Source of the DNA: Antedon mediterranea | Taxonomy: Eukaryota > Animalia > Echinodermata | Reading direction: 5' to 3' | Assembly (NCBI RefSeq): GCF_964355755.1 | Contig: NC_092670.1 | Coordinates: 27,390,288 to 27,454,287, forward strand | DNA: 64,000 bases | In this document: piece after piece, positions 53,601 through 64,000 of the stretch | Layout: each line of letters begins with the position of its first letter | Position numbering within the stretch: the stretch's first letter is position 1 | Notes under the pieces: generated by a model | What the model saw: only the letters and a program-made list of their open reading frames with translations | Database searches by the model: none | Told to the model about the DNA's origin: nothing | Translations under genes and position numbers: made by a program

Positions 53601-54254
53601 AGGCTAGGTAACAGGCCATAGTTTTAGTGAAACTAGTGTAGGACTAGAATAGTGGGTGGGAATACTAGGCCTAGATAGTAGTTGCGCCTAGGCTAGTCTA
53701 GGTAGGCCCAGCTAGAGAGAGGTAGACTAGGCCTAGCTAGTCCAACAAGGTAGGCCTACCTAGCCTTTAGGCTAGGCTAGCTAGGCCTGAAGTTCGCCTT
53801 AAAATTCAAATAAATTTACACAAGACTCAGGGTCTTCTTTAAATATTCAAGACTTACTTTGTTTTCCAATAATTTCATTTATGCTTCTGGTTTAATGGCA
53901 AAATTAGTTGTTTTATGTTACTATTTATTCATCAGGCATCTGTCACACGTGTTACACGTACTGTGTGTGCAGAACCTATAATCTGACCTCTAGTTGAACT
54001 TGTGCAGGGTAAATTATACCCTGGACGCGTAGTACGCGAATGTAATGCTAGCGTGTTTAGAACAAGTTTAGAAGGAAACATCATGGACCACCTAGCTGCT
54101 GTAATTTTCCGTGGCTTAATCCAGGACTATTTAGTCCAGGTTTCATGAATACCATATCAAGGATAGTCCAGGATTATCCTTAGTCCTGGACTAGATAGTC
54201 CAGGACTAAGGATAGTCCAGGACTAAAGATAGTCCCTTTTCATGAATACCAGCC
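50660..54254. mobile_element. PIF/Harbinger-like non-autonomous DNA transposon
   Basis: TIR GGC(CC/TG)GTATTCATGAAA(G/A)GGGACTA(A/T)CTTTAGTCCTGGA. Imperfect 3-bp TSD CAA/CTA at 50657-50659 and 54255-54257. Subterminal AGTCCTGGACT repeats at both ends. No transposase ORF. Confidence 0.82.
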
Positions 54255-55001
54255 CTAAGTGTTAAGAATAGCTTGAAATCGCAATTGGAGACATTTTAGA
54301 CCATTTTGTGTATTTCGAAAAAACTCGTTAACATAAAAACACCAAAGTGCTTAGAATTGCTTCAAATCGCATTTGGAGACGTTTTAGACCATTTTGTGAT
54401 TTTCTAAAAAAGTTGTTAACATAAAAACATCAAAGTGCTTAAAATCACATTAGAAACCGTTTTAGACCATTTTGAGCATTTCGATAAAACTTTTCACACA
54501 AAAACATCAAAGAGCACAAAATAGCTTAATATCGTATTTTAAAACGTTTTTGACCATTTTGAGCATTTCGACAAAAATTATTCACACAAAACAGCAAAGT
54601 GTACAGAATAGCTTCAAATCGCATTTGGAGACGTTTTAGACCATTTTGTGATTTTCAAAAAAACCTGTTAACATAAAAACACAAAAGTGCTTAGAATAGC
54701 TTCAAATCGCATTTGGAGACGTTTTAGACCATTTTGTGATTTTCGAAAAAACTTGTTAACATAAAAACACAAAAGTGCTTAGAATAGCTTCAAATCGCAT
54801 TTGGAGACGTTTTAGACCATTTTGTGATTTTCGAAAAAAATTGTTAACATAAAAACACCAAATTGCTTAGAATATCTTCAAATCGCATTTGGAGACGTTT
54901 AAGACCATTTTGTGATTTTCGAAAAAACTTGTTAACATAAAAACACCAAAGTGCTTATAATAGCTTAAAATCGCATTTGGAGACGTTTTAGACCATTAGG
55001 T

Positions 55002-55367
55002 TGTAGCAGACCTACCACATAGCTATTAAACAATTCAACATTTACTTTTAATTTGATTATTTGTACATCCTCTATATATCTCTTTATTTAACCTCACATT
55101 GACAGGTTACCTTCCTGTTACCTTCACTTTTCTAGCTAATGGATTTTAAGAATGTTAATGACTCTAACAGAAAACCACATTAATTCTCTTAATCCTAATT
55201 GGTCAGATGAGATGGGCCAAGCCCAATATTACCATGCACTGACCACATTATTAACACACTCTTTTCTCAACCAGCATCTTAGCTACACCGTTTATTGCTC
55301 TGTCTTATCAAATACTGTATACATTTAGTAGTTGTTTTGTTTTACCGTTGCGCCGACAATTACTAAA
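55002..55367 (+). repeat. 5' LTR
   Basis: TGTAGCAGACC...CAATTACTAAA, a direct repeat of 59507-59872. Confidence 0.96.
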
Positions 55368-55368
55368 G

Positions 55369-55383
55369 TGGTGACCCTCGACT
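55369..55383 (+). promoter_or_regulatory. Primer-binding site, tRNA-Trp type
   Basis: TGGTGACCCTCGAC matches the tRNA-Trp complement TGGTGACCCCGAC with one extra T, 1 nt after the LTR. Confidence 0.75.
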
Positions 55384-55407
55384 TTCTTATACCGAATTTA
55401 ACTTAAA

Positions 55408-56340
55408 ATGGAAGGACAACAGCAACAACGACAGCTACCGCAACCTCCAGCACAACCCCAGCACCAGGAACAACCTGTGGTGCCCGCTCCTGACGCAGCA
55501 ACCGTCAACAGGCCAATTTCTTCGGTAGCGTTGAAACTGCCTCCATACTGGCCCAATGATCCGATATTGTGGTTCACCCAAGTGGAAGCACAGTTCACAA
55601 CGCGTGGGATTACAGTAGATGCTACAAAATACGCTTACTTAGTCGGATCATTGCAACCTGAAATTGCGCAGGAAGTTCGGGATCTACTTCTCAACCCGCC
55701 TACTGATAACAGGTATGTGAACTTGAAAGATACCTTAATACGTCGGACAACTGACTCCGACCAACAGCGCCTCCGCCAACTCCTGACGGCCGAGGAGTTG
55801 GGGGATAGGAAACCGTCGCAATTATACCGACGGATGTTACAACTCTTAGGCGACAGGCCACTTGAATCTTCAATTATGAAACAACTATTCTTAAGTCGCC
55901 TCCCAACTAATGTACAGCTTATCCTAGCTTCAACCAAGGATGAGTTGGACCTGGGAAGCTTGACATCATTGGCTGACAAAATTATTGAAGTATCTGTAAC
56001 TGCAACTGCGCCAACAAGTGTATCGGCAGTACACACGGACAATACACCCTCCTTGTCTGCGACCCTTGAAAACCTGCAAAAACAGATTCAACAACTGTCG
56101 ACGCAAGTTAATTCCTTGCAATCTGACCGACGGCACAACAGATATCAAAGTCGCAGCACAAGTCGACATCGAAATCGATCGAGTGGTAGGCATTCATCTC
56201 CTGCTCAACCTAACAGTACCAATCGCTCAGCTCAACATTCAAACAACACTCCTCAACTCTGTTGGTACCATGAAAAATTTGGAGTAAATGCTCGAAAATG
56301 CAATCCGCCGTGTTCGGAAAACTCCAACGCCGACAACTAA
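55408..56340 (+). CDS. gag: Gag polyprotein
   Basis: 310 aa with [35 protein letters not shown] and the C-terminal CWYH...C..PC (CHCC) motif. Confidence 0.93.
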   Translation: MEGQQQQRQLPQPPAQPQHQEQPVVPAPDAATVNRPISSVALKLPPYWPNDPILWFTQVEAQFTTRGITVDATKYAYLVGSLQPEIAQEVRDLLLNPPTDNRYVNLKDTLIRRTTDSDQQRLRQLLTAEELGDRKPSQLYRRMLQLLGDRPLESSIMKQLFLSRLPTNVQLILASTKDELDLGSLTSLADKIIEVSVTATAPTSVSAVHTDNTPSLSATLENLQKQIQQLSTQVNSLQSDRRHNRYQSRSTSRHRNRSSGRHSSPAQPNSTNRSAQHSNNTPQLCWYHEKFGVNARKCNPPCSENSNADN

Positions 56341-59300
56341 ATGCGACGAATGTTGCTGGCCGTCAAATCGTAAGTCGCCTTTTCTTTATTGTTAATCAAT
56401 TATCCAAACAACGTTTCCTCATAGACACTGGGGCAGAAGTTAGCGTTGTTCCACCTACTCGCCATGAGCGTCTACATAGGCGACAAGAGTGTACTTTGAC
56501 TGCCGCAAATAATACATCTATCAACACTTATGGACATCGCTCTGTAACCTTAGACTTAGGTTTGAGACGAACATCTCAATGGTTATTTGTTGTCGCAGAC
56601 GTCACACACCCCATCATAGGGGCTGATTTTTTAAGACATTTTGGACTGTTAGTCGATATGAATAATCGACGACTCATTGACACTACCACCAACCTGAGTA
56701 TTCAAGGTGTCGCCTCCAAAACTTCGCCTCTCGGTCTTATATTTACCACCCTTGAGGCTAAGTCCAATTGGGACTACATTCTTACAAAATTCCCAAACAT
56801 TACACGCCCTTGTTATCAGGAAGCGTCGCTAAAACACGATGTGACACATCATATTCAGACCCATGGTCCACCAATTTCGTCACATCCTCGACGGCTCGCA
56901 CATGACCGCTGCAAAACAGCCAGACATGAATTTGAACACATGATGCAGCTTGGAATTATACGCCCCTCTAAAAGTAACTGGGCATCACCTTTACATATGG
57001 TGCCTAAGAAAACTCCTGGGGATTGGCGTCCCTGTGGGGATTATCGAGCATTGAACAATGCTACTGTTGCAGATCGGTATCCTATCCCGTACATGCACGA
57101 TTTTACAGCATCTCTGCACGGATCCACTATATTTTCTAAGATTGATCTCGTCCGAGCTTACCATCAGATACCAGTTGAACCTGCTGATGTTCATAAAACA
57201 GCAATTACTACACCATTTGGACTTTTTGAATTTGTTAGAATGCCATTTGGCCTCCGCAATGCCGCTCAAACTTTTCAACGTTTTATTGATCAGGTAACGC
57301 GTGGATTGGATTTTTGCTACGCTTATATCGACGACCTGCTTGTTGCCAGTTCCAACGCCGAGGAACACGAAACTCATCTTCATCAACTATTCACACGTCT
57401 TAATGAGTATGGCGTTGTTCTCAACCCAGCGAAATGCCAATTTGGAGTTTCGTCACTCGAGTTTCTTGGACATCATGTTGATTCGCAAGGTGTCCGACCA
57501 CTTAAAGTAAAGGTCGAAGCGATACAAAACTTTCCACAACCAACTTCTTTACGCAAACTACGTGAATTCCTTGGACTTATTAACTTTTATAGGCGATTTA
57601 TACCGCAGTGTGCCCAGATTTTACAACCTGTCACAGCTCTACTTGTTGGGGCAGGTAAGAAACAGGATCTGGTATGGACCGACGCAGCTTTATTGGGATT
57701 TAATAATATTAAAGTCGCCCTCGCAAGTGCTACACTTCTCACCCATCCGCAGCCAGATGCACCTTTAAGTATCATGGTTGACGCTTCGGATGTGGCCATA
57801 GGGGGTATACTACAACAATGCATTGACAACAATTGGCAACCTATTTCATTTTTCTCACAGAAGTTGAAACCAGCGCAGACGCGATACAGCACATTTGGTC
57901 GTGAACTTTTGGCGGCATACCTTTCAGTTAAACATTTTCGTCATTCACTTGAAGGACGCTCATTTCATATTTTTACTGACCATAAGCCACTTGTGTATGC
58001 TTTACTCGCCAAACCAAATCGTCACTCGCCACGCGAAATCCGTCATCTCGATTTCATATCTCAATTCACAACGGACATACGCCATGTGAGTGGAAAAGCT
58101 AATGCAGCAGCTGATGCATTGTCGCGAATCGAACTTAATACTTTCAGTCACAACACAACTACCATTGTTGATTTTAGTCTTATCGCTGCTGCACAAAAGA
58201 ATGACGATGAATTGCACAAGCTACTTGAATCACCGTTTTCACTACAATTTCAAAACTTTCCAATTCCAACTTCTGACTCTACAATTCTTTGTGATATTTC
58301 CAAAGGCAATCCACGTCCATATATCCCACAAGAATTCAGACGCATAATATTTGACACTCTACATTCGCTATCACATCCTGGTATACGAGCAACACAACGT
58401 TTAATTACTGACCGTTTCGTATGGCCAGCAATCAATCGTGATGTACGACGATGGTCTCAAACATGCATTCAATGTCAACGTTCCAAAGTACACCGGCACA
58501 CCGTTTCGCCACTCTCTACTTTTTCTACACCTGACGCCCGTTTTGACCATGTACATATAGATATTGTTGGACCTCTCCCTCCATCAAATGGTTTTTCTTA
58601 TTTACTCACTTTTATCGATCGTTTTACTCGATGACCCGAAGCCGTACCTATTCCGGATATCACAGCCGATACTGTCGCACACGCATTTGTCAATCGATGG
58701 ATCGCTTCATTCGGAATACCTTCAACCATTACAACAGATCGAGGAAGACAATTTGAATCTGCATTATTTCATTCACTCGCCAACTTACTAGGAACTAAGC
58801 ACATTCATACAACTGCCTACCATCCTATTGCGAACGGACTTGTAGAACGTTTTCATCGACATTTGAAGGGTTCTCTCAAAGCACATAATGATCACACTAA
58901 ATGGACAGAACATTTACCTATAGTACTTTTAGGCATTCGTACAGCCCTTAAGGCTGATCTAGGTCATAGTGCAGCTGAACTTGTTTATGGCACTACTTTA
59001 AGATTACCTGGACAATTCTTTAATTCAAACTCTGAACATTGTGATTATTCTAATTATATTGATAGATTGCGTGATAATATGAGTAAACTACGTCCCACAC
59101 CTACCCGCACCAACTCTAACCGTAAATCCTATATCAATCAAGAAATATTTAATTGTACCCATGTTTTTGTGCGAAGGGACTCTGTTCGAAAACCCTTACA
59201 ACGTCCATATGATGGTCCATTTAAGGTATTAAGTCGAACAGACAAACACTTTGTTCTCGATCTAAATGGTCGACAGGACACAGTCAGTATTGATCGCTTA

Positions 59301-59483
59301 AAGGTAGCTCATTTGGATACTGATATATTTAAAAGCCAAGAGCAAACCCTCACTCCCAAGCTACAAGCATCACCCCTAGTCAAACCAACCAACCCGTCAC
59401 CCATTTTGGCAACCCCTCCCCGTACTACTCGTTCTGGTAGACATGTTCATTTCCCTCAACGTTTTGTCTCGTTCTATCATTAA
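56298..59483 (+). pseudogene. pol: Pol (protease, RT, RNase H, integrase) with a single in-frame TGA at 58632-58634
   Basis: Motifs [34 protein letters not shown]...CIQCQ, HIDIVGP, DRFTR*PEA, TTDRG, VERFHR, PYDGPF. The 58863-59483 ORF is in the same frame. Confidence 0.93.
56316..56378 (+). promoter_or_regulatory. Predicted -1 ribosomal frameshift signal (slippery site plus pseudoknot)
   Basis: G_GAA_AAC at 56316-56322 in the gag/pol overlap, then a 6-nt spacer. Stem 1 GCCGACAAC/GTTGCTGGC; stem 2 GCGAC (56343-56347)/GTCGC (56374-56378). Confidence 0.7.
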
Positions 59484-59506
59484 TTCTTTCACTGGAAGGG
59501 GGCTCC

Positions 59507-59872
59507 TGTAGCAGACCTACCACATAGCTATTAAACAATTCAACATTTACTTTTAATTTGATTATTTGTACATCCTCTATATATCTCTTTATTTAACCTC
59601 ACATTGACAGGTTACCTTCCTGTTACCTTCACTTTTCTAGCTAATGGAATTTAAGAATGTTAATGACTCTAACAGAAAACCACATTAATTCTCTTAATCC
59701 TAATTGGTCAGATGAGATGGGCCAAGCCCAATATTACCATGCACTGACCACATTATTAACACATTCTTTTCTCAACCAGCATCTTAGCTACACCGTTTAT
59801 TGCTCTGTCTTATCAAATACTGTATACATTTAGTAGTTGTTTTGTTTTACCGTTGCGCCGACAATTACTAAA
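59507..59872 (+). repeat. 3' LTR
   Basis: Direct repeat of 55002-55367, preceded by the PPT. Confidence 0.96.
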
Positions 59873-62800
59873 AGGTGATTTTCGAAATAACTTGTTAACA
59901 TAAAAACAGCAAAGTGCTAAGAATAGCTTGAAATCGCATTTGGAGACATTTTAGACCATTTTGTGATTTTCGAAAAAACTCGTTAACATAAAAACACCAA
60001 AGTGCTTAGAATTACTTCAAATCGCATTTGGAGACGTTTTAGACCATTTTGTGATTTTCTAAAAAAGTTGTTAACATAAAAACACCAAAGTGCTTAGAAT
60101 ACCTTAAAATCGCATTTGGAGACGTTTTAGACCATCTTGTGATTTTAACATAAAAACATCAAAGTGCTTAGAATAGCTTCAAATCGCATTTGGAGATGTT
60201 TTAGACCATTTTGTGATTTTCGAAAAAAACTTGTTAACATAAAACATCAAAGTGCTTAAAATCACATTAAAAACCGTTTTAGACCATTCTGAGCATTTCG
60301 CTAAAACTTTTCACACAAAAACATCAAAGAGCACAAAATAGCTTAATATCGTATTTAAAAACGTTTTTGACCATTTTGAGCATTTCGAAAACAAATTTTC
60401 ACACAAAACAGCAAAGTGTACAGAATAGCTTCAAATCGCATTTGGAGACGTTTTAGACCATTTTGTGATTTTCGAAAAAACTTGTTAACATAAAAACACC
60501 AAAGTGCTAGGAATAGCTTCAAATCGCATTTGGAGACATTTTAGACCATTTTGTGATTTTCGAAAAAACTTGTTAACATAAAAACACCAAAGTGCTTAGA
60601 ATAGCTTCAAATCGCATTTGGAGACGTTTTATAAAATTTTGTAATTTTCTAAAAAACTTGTTAACATAAAAACACCAAAGTGCTTAAAAAAGCTTCAAAT
60701 CGCATTTGGAGACGTTTAGACCATTTTGTGATTTTCAAAAAAACTTGTTAACATAAAAACATCAAAGTGTACAGAATAGCTTCAAATCGCATTTGGAGAC
60801 GTTTTAGACCATTTTGTGATTTTCAAAAAAACCTGTTAACATAAAAACACAAAAGTGCTTAGAATAGCTTCAAATCGCATTTGGAGACGTTTTAGACCAT
60901 TTTGTGATTTTCGAAAAAACTTGTTAACATAAAAACACAAAAGTGCTTAGAATAGCTTCAAATCGCATTTGGAGACGTTTTAGACCATTTTGTGATTTTC
61001 GAAAAAAATTGTTAACATAAAAACACAAAATTGCTTAGAATATCTTCAAATCGCATTTGGAGACGTTTTAGACCATTTTGTGATTTTCGAAAAAACTTGT
61101 TAACATAAAAACACCAAAGTGCTTATAATAGCTTAAAATCGCATTTGGAGACGTTTTAGACCATTAGGTGATTTTCGAAATAACTTGTTAACATAAAAAC
61201 ACCAAAGTGCTAAGAATAGCTTGAAATCGCATTTGGAGACATTTTAGACCATTTTGTGATTTTCGAAAAAACTCGTTAACATAAAAACAACAAAGTGCTT
61301 AGAATTGCTTCAAATCGCATTTGGAGACGTTTTAGACCATTTTGTGATTTTCTAAAAAAGTTGTTAACATAAAAACATCAAAGTGCTTAAAATCACATTA
61401 GAAACCGTTTTAGACCATTTTGTGATTTTCGAAAAAACTTGTTAACATAAAAACACCAATGTACTAAGAATAGCTTGAAATCGCATTTGGAGACATTTTA
61501 GACTATTTTGTGATTTTCGAAAAAACTCGTTAACATAAAAACATCAAAGTGCTTAGAATTGCTTCAAATCGTATTTGGAGACGTTTTAGACCATTTTGTG
61601 ATTTTCTAAAAAAGTTGTTAACATAAAAACATCAAAGTGCTTAAAATCACATTAGAAACCGTTTTATACCATTTTGAGCATTTCGATAAAACTTATCACA
61701 CAAAAACATCAAAGAGCACAAAATAGCTTAATATCGTATTTAAAAACGTTTTTGACCATTTTGAGCATTTCGACAAAAATTATTCAAACAAAACAGCAAA
61801 GTATACAGAATAGCTTTAAATCGCATTTGCTGACGTTTTAGACAATTTTGTGATTTTCGAAAAAACTTGTTAACATAAAAACACCAAAGTGCTAAGAATA
61901 GCTTCAAATCGCATTTGGAGACATTTTAGACCATTTTGTGATTTTCGAAAAAACTTTTTAACATAAAAACACCAAAGTACGTGCTTAGAATAGCTTCAAA
62001 TCGCATTTGGAGACGTTTTAGACCATTTTGTGATTTTCGAAAAAACTTGTTAACATAAAAACACCAAAGTGCTTATAAAAGCTTCAAATCGCATTTGGAG
62101 ACATTTTAGACCATTTTGTGATTTTCGAAAAAACTTGTTAACATAAAAACACCAAAGTGCTAGGAATAGCTTCAAATCGCATTTGGAGACATTTTAGACC
62201 ATTTTGTGACTTTCGAAAAAACTCGTTAACATAAAAACATCAAAGTGCTAAGAATAGCTTGAAATCGCATTTGTAGACATTTTAGACCATTTTGTGACTT
62301 TCGAAAAAACTCGTTAACATAAAAACATCAAAGTGCTTAAAATCACATTAGAAACCGTTTTAGACCATTTTGAGCATTTCGTTAAAACTTTTCACACAAA
62401 AACACCAAAGAGCACAAAAAAACTTAATATCGTATTTAAAAACGTTTTTGACCATTTTGAGCATTTCGACAAAAATTATTCACACAAAACAGCAAAGTGT
62501 ACAGAATAGCTTCGAATCGCATTTGGAGACATTTTAGACCCTTTTGTGATTTTCGAAAAAACTTGGTTACACAAAAACACCAAAGTGCTTAAAATAGCTT
62601 CAAATCGCATTTGGAGACGTTTTAGACCATTTTGTGATTTTCGAAAAAACTTGTTAACATAAAAACACAAAAGTGGTTAGAATAGCTTCAAATCGCATTT
62701 GGAGACATTTTAGACCCTTTTGTGATTTTCGAAAAAACTTGGTTACACAAAAACACCAAAGTGCTTAAAATAGCTTCAAATCGCATTTGGAGACGTATTA

Positions 62801-64000
62801 GACCATTTTGTGATTTTCGAAAAAACTTGTTAACATAAAAACACCAAAGTGCTTAGAATACCTTAAAATCGCATTTGGAGACGTTTTAGACCATCTTGTG
62901 ATTTTAACATAAAAACATCAAAGTGCTTAGAATAGCTTCAAATCGCATTTGGAGACGTTTTAGACCATTTTGTGATTTTCGAAAAAAACTTGTTAACATA
63001 AAACATCAAAGTGCTTAAAATCACATTAAAAACCGTTTTAGACCATTCTGAGCATTTCGCTAAAACTTTTCACACAAAAACATCAAAGAGCACAAAATAG
63101 CTTAATATCGTATTTAAAAACGTTTTTGACCATTTTGAGCATTTCGAAAAAAAATTTTCACACAAAACAGCAAAGTGTACAGAATAGCTTCAAATCGCAT
63201 TTGGAGACGTTTTAGACCATTTTGTGATTTTCGAAAAAACTTGTTAAAATAAAAACACCAAAGTGCTAGGAATAGCTTCAAATCGCATTTGGAGACATTT
63301 TAGACCTTTTTGTGATTTTCGAAAAAACTTGTTAACATAAAAACACCAAAGTGCTTAGAATAGCTTCAAATCGCATTTGGAGACGTTTTATAAAATGTTG
63401 TGATTTTCTAAAAAACTTGTTAACATAAAAACACCAAAGTGCTTAAAAAAGCTTCAAATCGCATTTGGAGACGTTTAGACCATTTTGTGATTTTCGAAAA
63501 AACTTGTTAACATAAAAACATCAAAGTGTACAGAATAGCTTCAAATCACATTTGGAGACGTTTTAGACCATTTTGTGATTTTCAAAAAAACCTGTTAACA
63601 TAAAAACACAAAAGTGCTTAGAATAGCTTCAAATCGCATTTGGAGACGTTTTAGACCATTTTGTGATTTTCGAAAAAACTTGTTAACATAAAAACACAAA
63701 AGTGCTTAGAATAGCTTCAAATCGCATTTGTAGACGTTTTAGACCATTTTGTGATTTTCGAAAAAAATTGTTAACATAAAAACACCAAATTGCTTAGAAT
63801 ATCTTCAAATCGCATTTGGAGACGTTTTAGACCATTTTGTGATTTTCGAAAAAACTTGTTAACATAAAAACACCAAAGTGCTAAGAATAGCTTGAATTCG
63901 CATTTGGAGACATTTTAGACCATTTTTTATTTTCGAAAAAACTCGTTAACATAAAAACATCAAAGTGTACAGAATAGCTTCAAATCGCATTTGGAGACGT

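Larger units (their letters stand above)
55002..59872 (+). mobile_element. Full-length Ty3/Gypsy LTR retrotransposon, CsRn1-like lineage
   Basis: 366-bp LTRs at 55002-55367 and 59507-59872 (2 differences seen). TSD AGGT at 54998-55001 and 59873-59876. tRNA-Trp-type PBS; PPT GGAAGGGGG at 59494-59502; CHCC-type gag; PR-RT-RH-IN order. Confidence 0.96.
37905..64000. repeat. SatB tandem satellite, 88-bp monomer with higher-order repeats (interrupted by three transposons)
   Basis: Consensus AATAGCTTCAAATCGCATTTGGAGACGTTTTAGACCATTTTGTGATTTTCGAAAAAACTTGTTAACATAAAAACACCAAAGTGCTTAG, e.g. starting at 37993 and 38081. The array continues to the window end. Confidence 0.97.

Noticed and set aside
58632-58634. 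Programmed readthrough or recoded TGA in pol
   Set aside because: The position corresponds to the conserved Trp of DRFTRWPEA, so a TGG>TGA point mutation is the simpler explanation.
55398-58791. Short overlapping and antisense ORFs within gag/pol
   Set aside because: They are shadow frames of the real coding sequence and have no recognisable motifs.
37905-64000. CRISPR-like repeat/spacer pattern in the 88-bp array
   Set aside because: The whole unit is repeated and there are no unique spacers.

Overview
This window looks like animal (probably invertebrate) heterochromatin and contains no host protein-coding gene. Two satellite arrays meet at about 37,903. SatA (1-37,902) has a ~261-bp monomer that carries a degenerate tRNA-type Pol III unit on the minus strand: TATA, A box, B box and oligo-T. 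SatB (37,905-64,000) has an 88-bp monomer and higher-order repeats. SatA contains three copies of a 5'-truncated Tx1/L1-like LINE 3' end, a decayed Ngaro/DIRS tyrosine-recombinase retrotransposon with split direct repeats (9,881-16,830), and a CAGTGGG-ended DNA element with a 4-bp TSD. It also contains an internally deleted tRNA-Leu-primed Gypsy element, which hosts a CACTA-like element (itself holding a Kolobok-like element and a Deu/Nin-type SINE) and a CAC...GTG Chapaev-like element. SatB contains a Kolobok-like element, a Harbinger-like element and a near-intact CsRn1-type Gypsy element. The three most notable observations are: (1) the CAC...GTG element has V(D)J-RSS-like asymmetric ends (heptamer-like, 21 or 11 bp spacer, ACAAAAAGT); (2) SatA is an array of apparent Pol III units, with retroelement junctions clustered at the TATA; (3) the Ngaro 3' region holds an array of hairpin repeats separated by ~28-nt unique spacers. 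All family names come from termini, TSDs and motifs read by eye; no database search was run.
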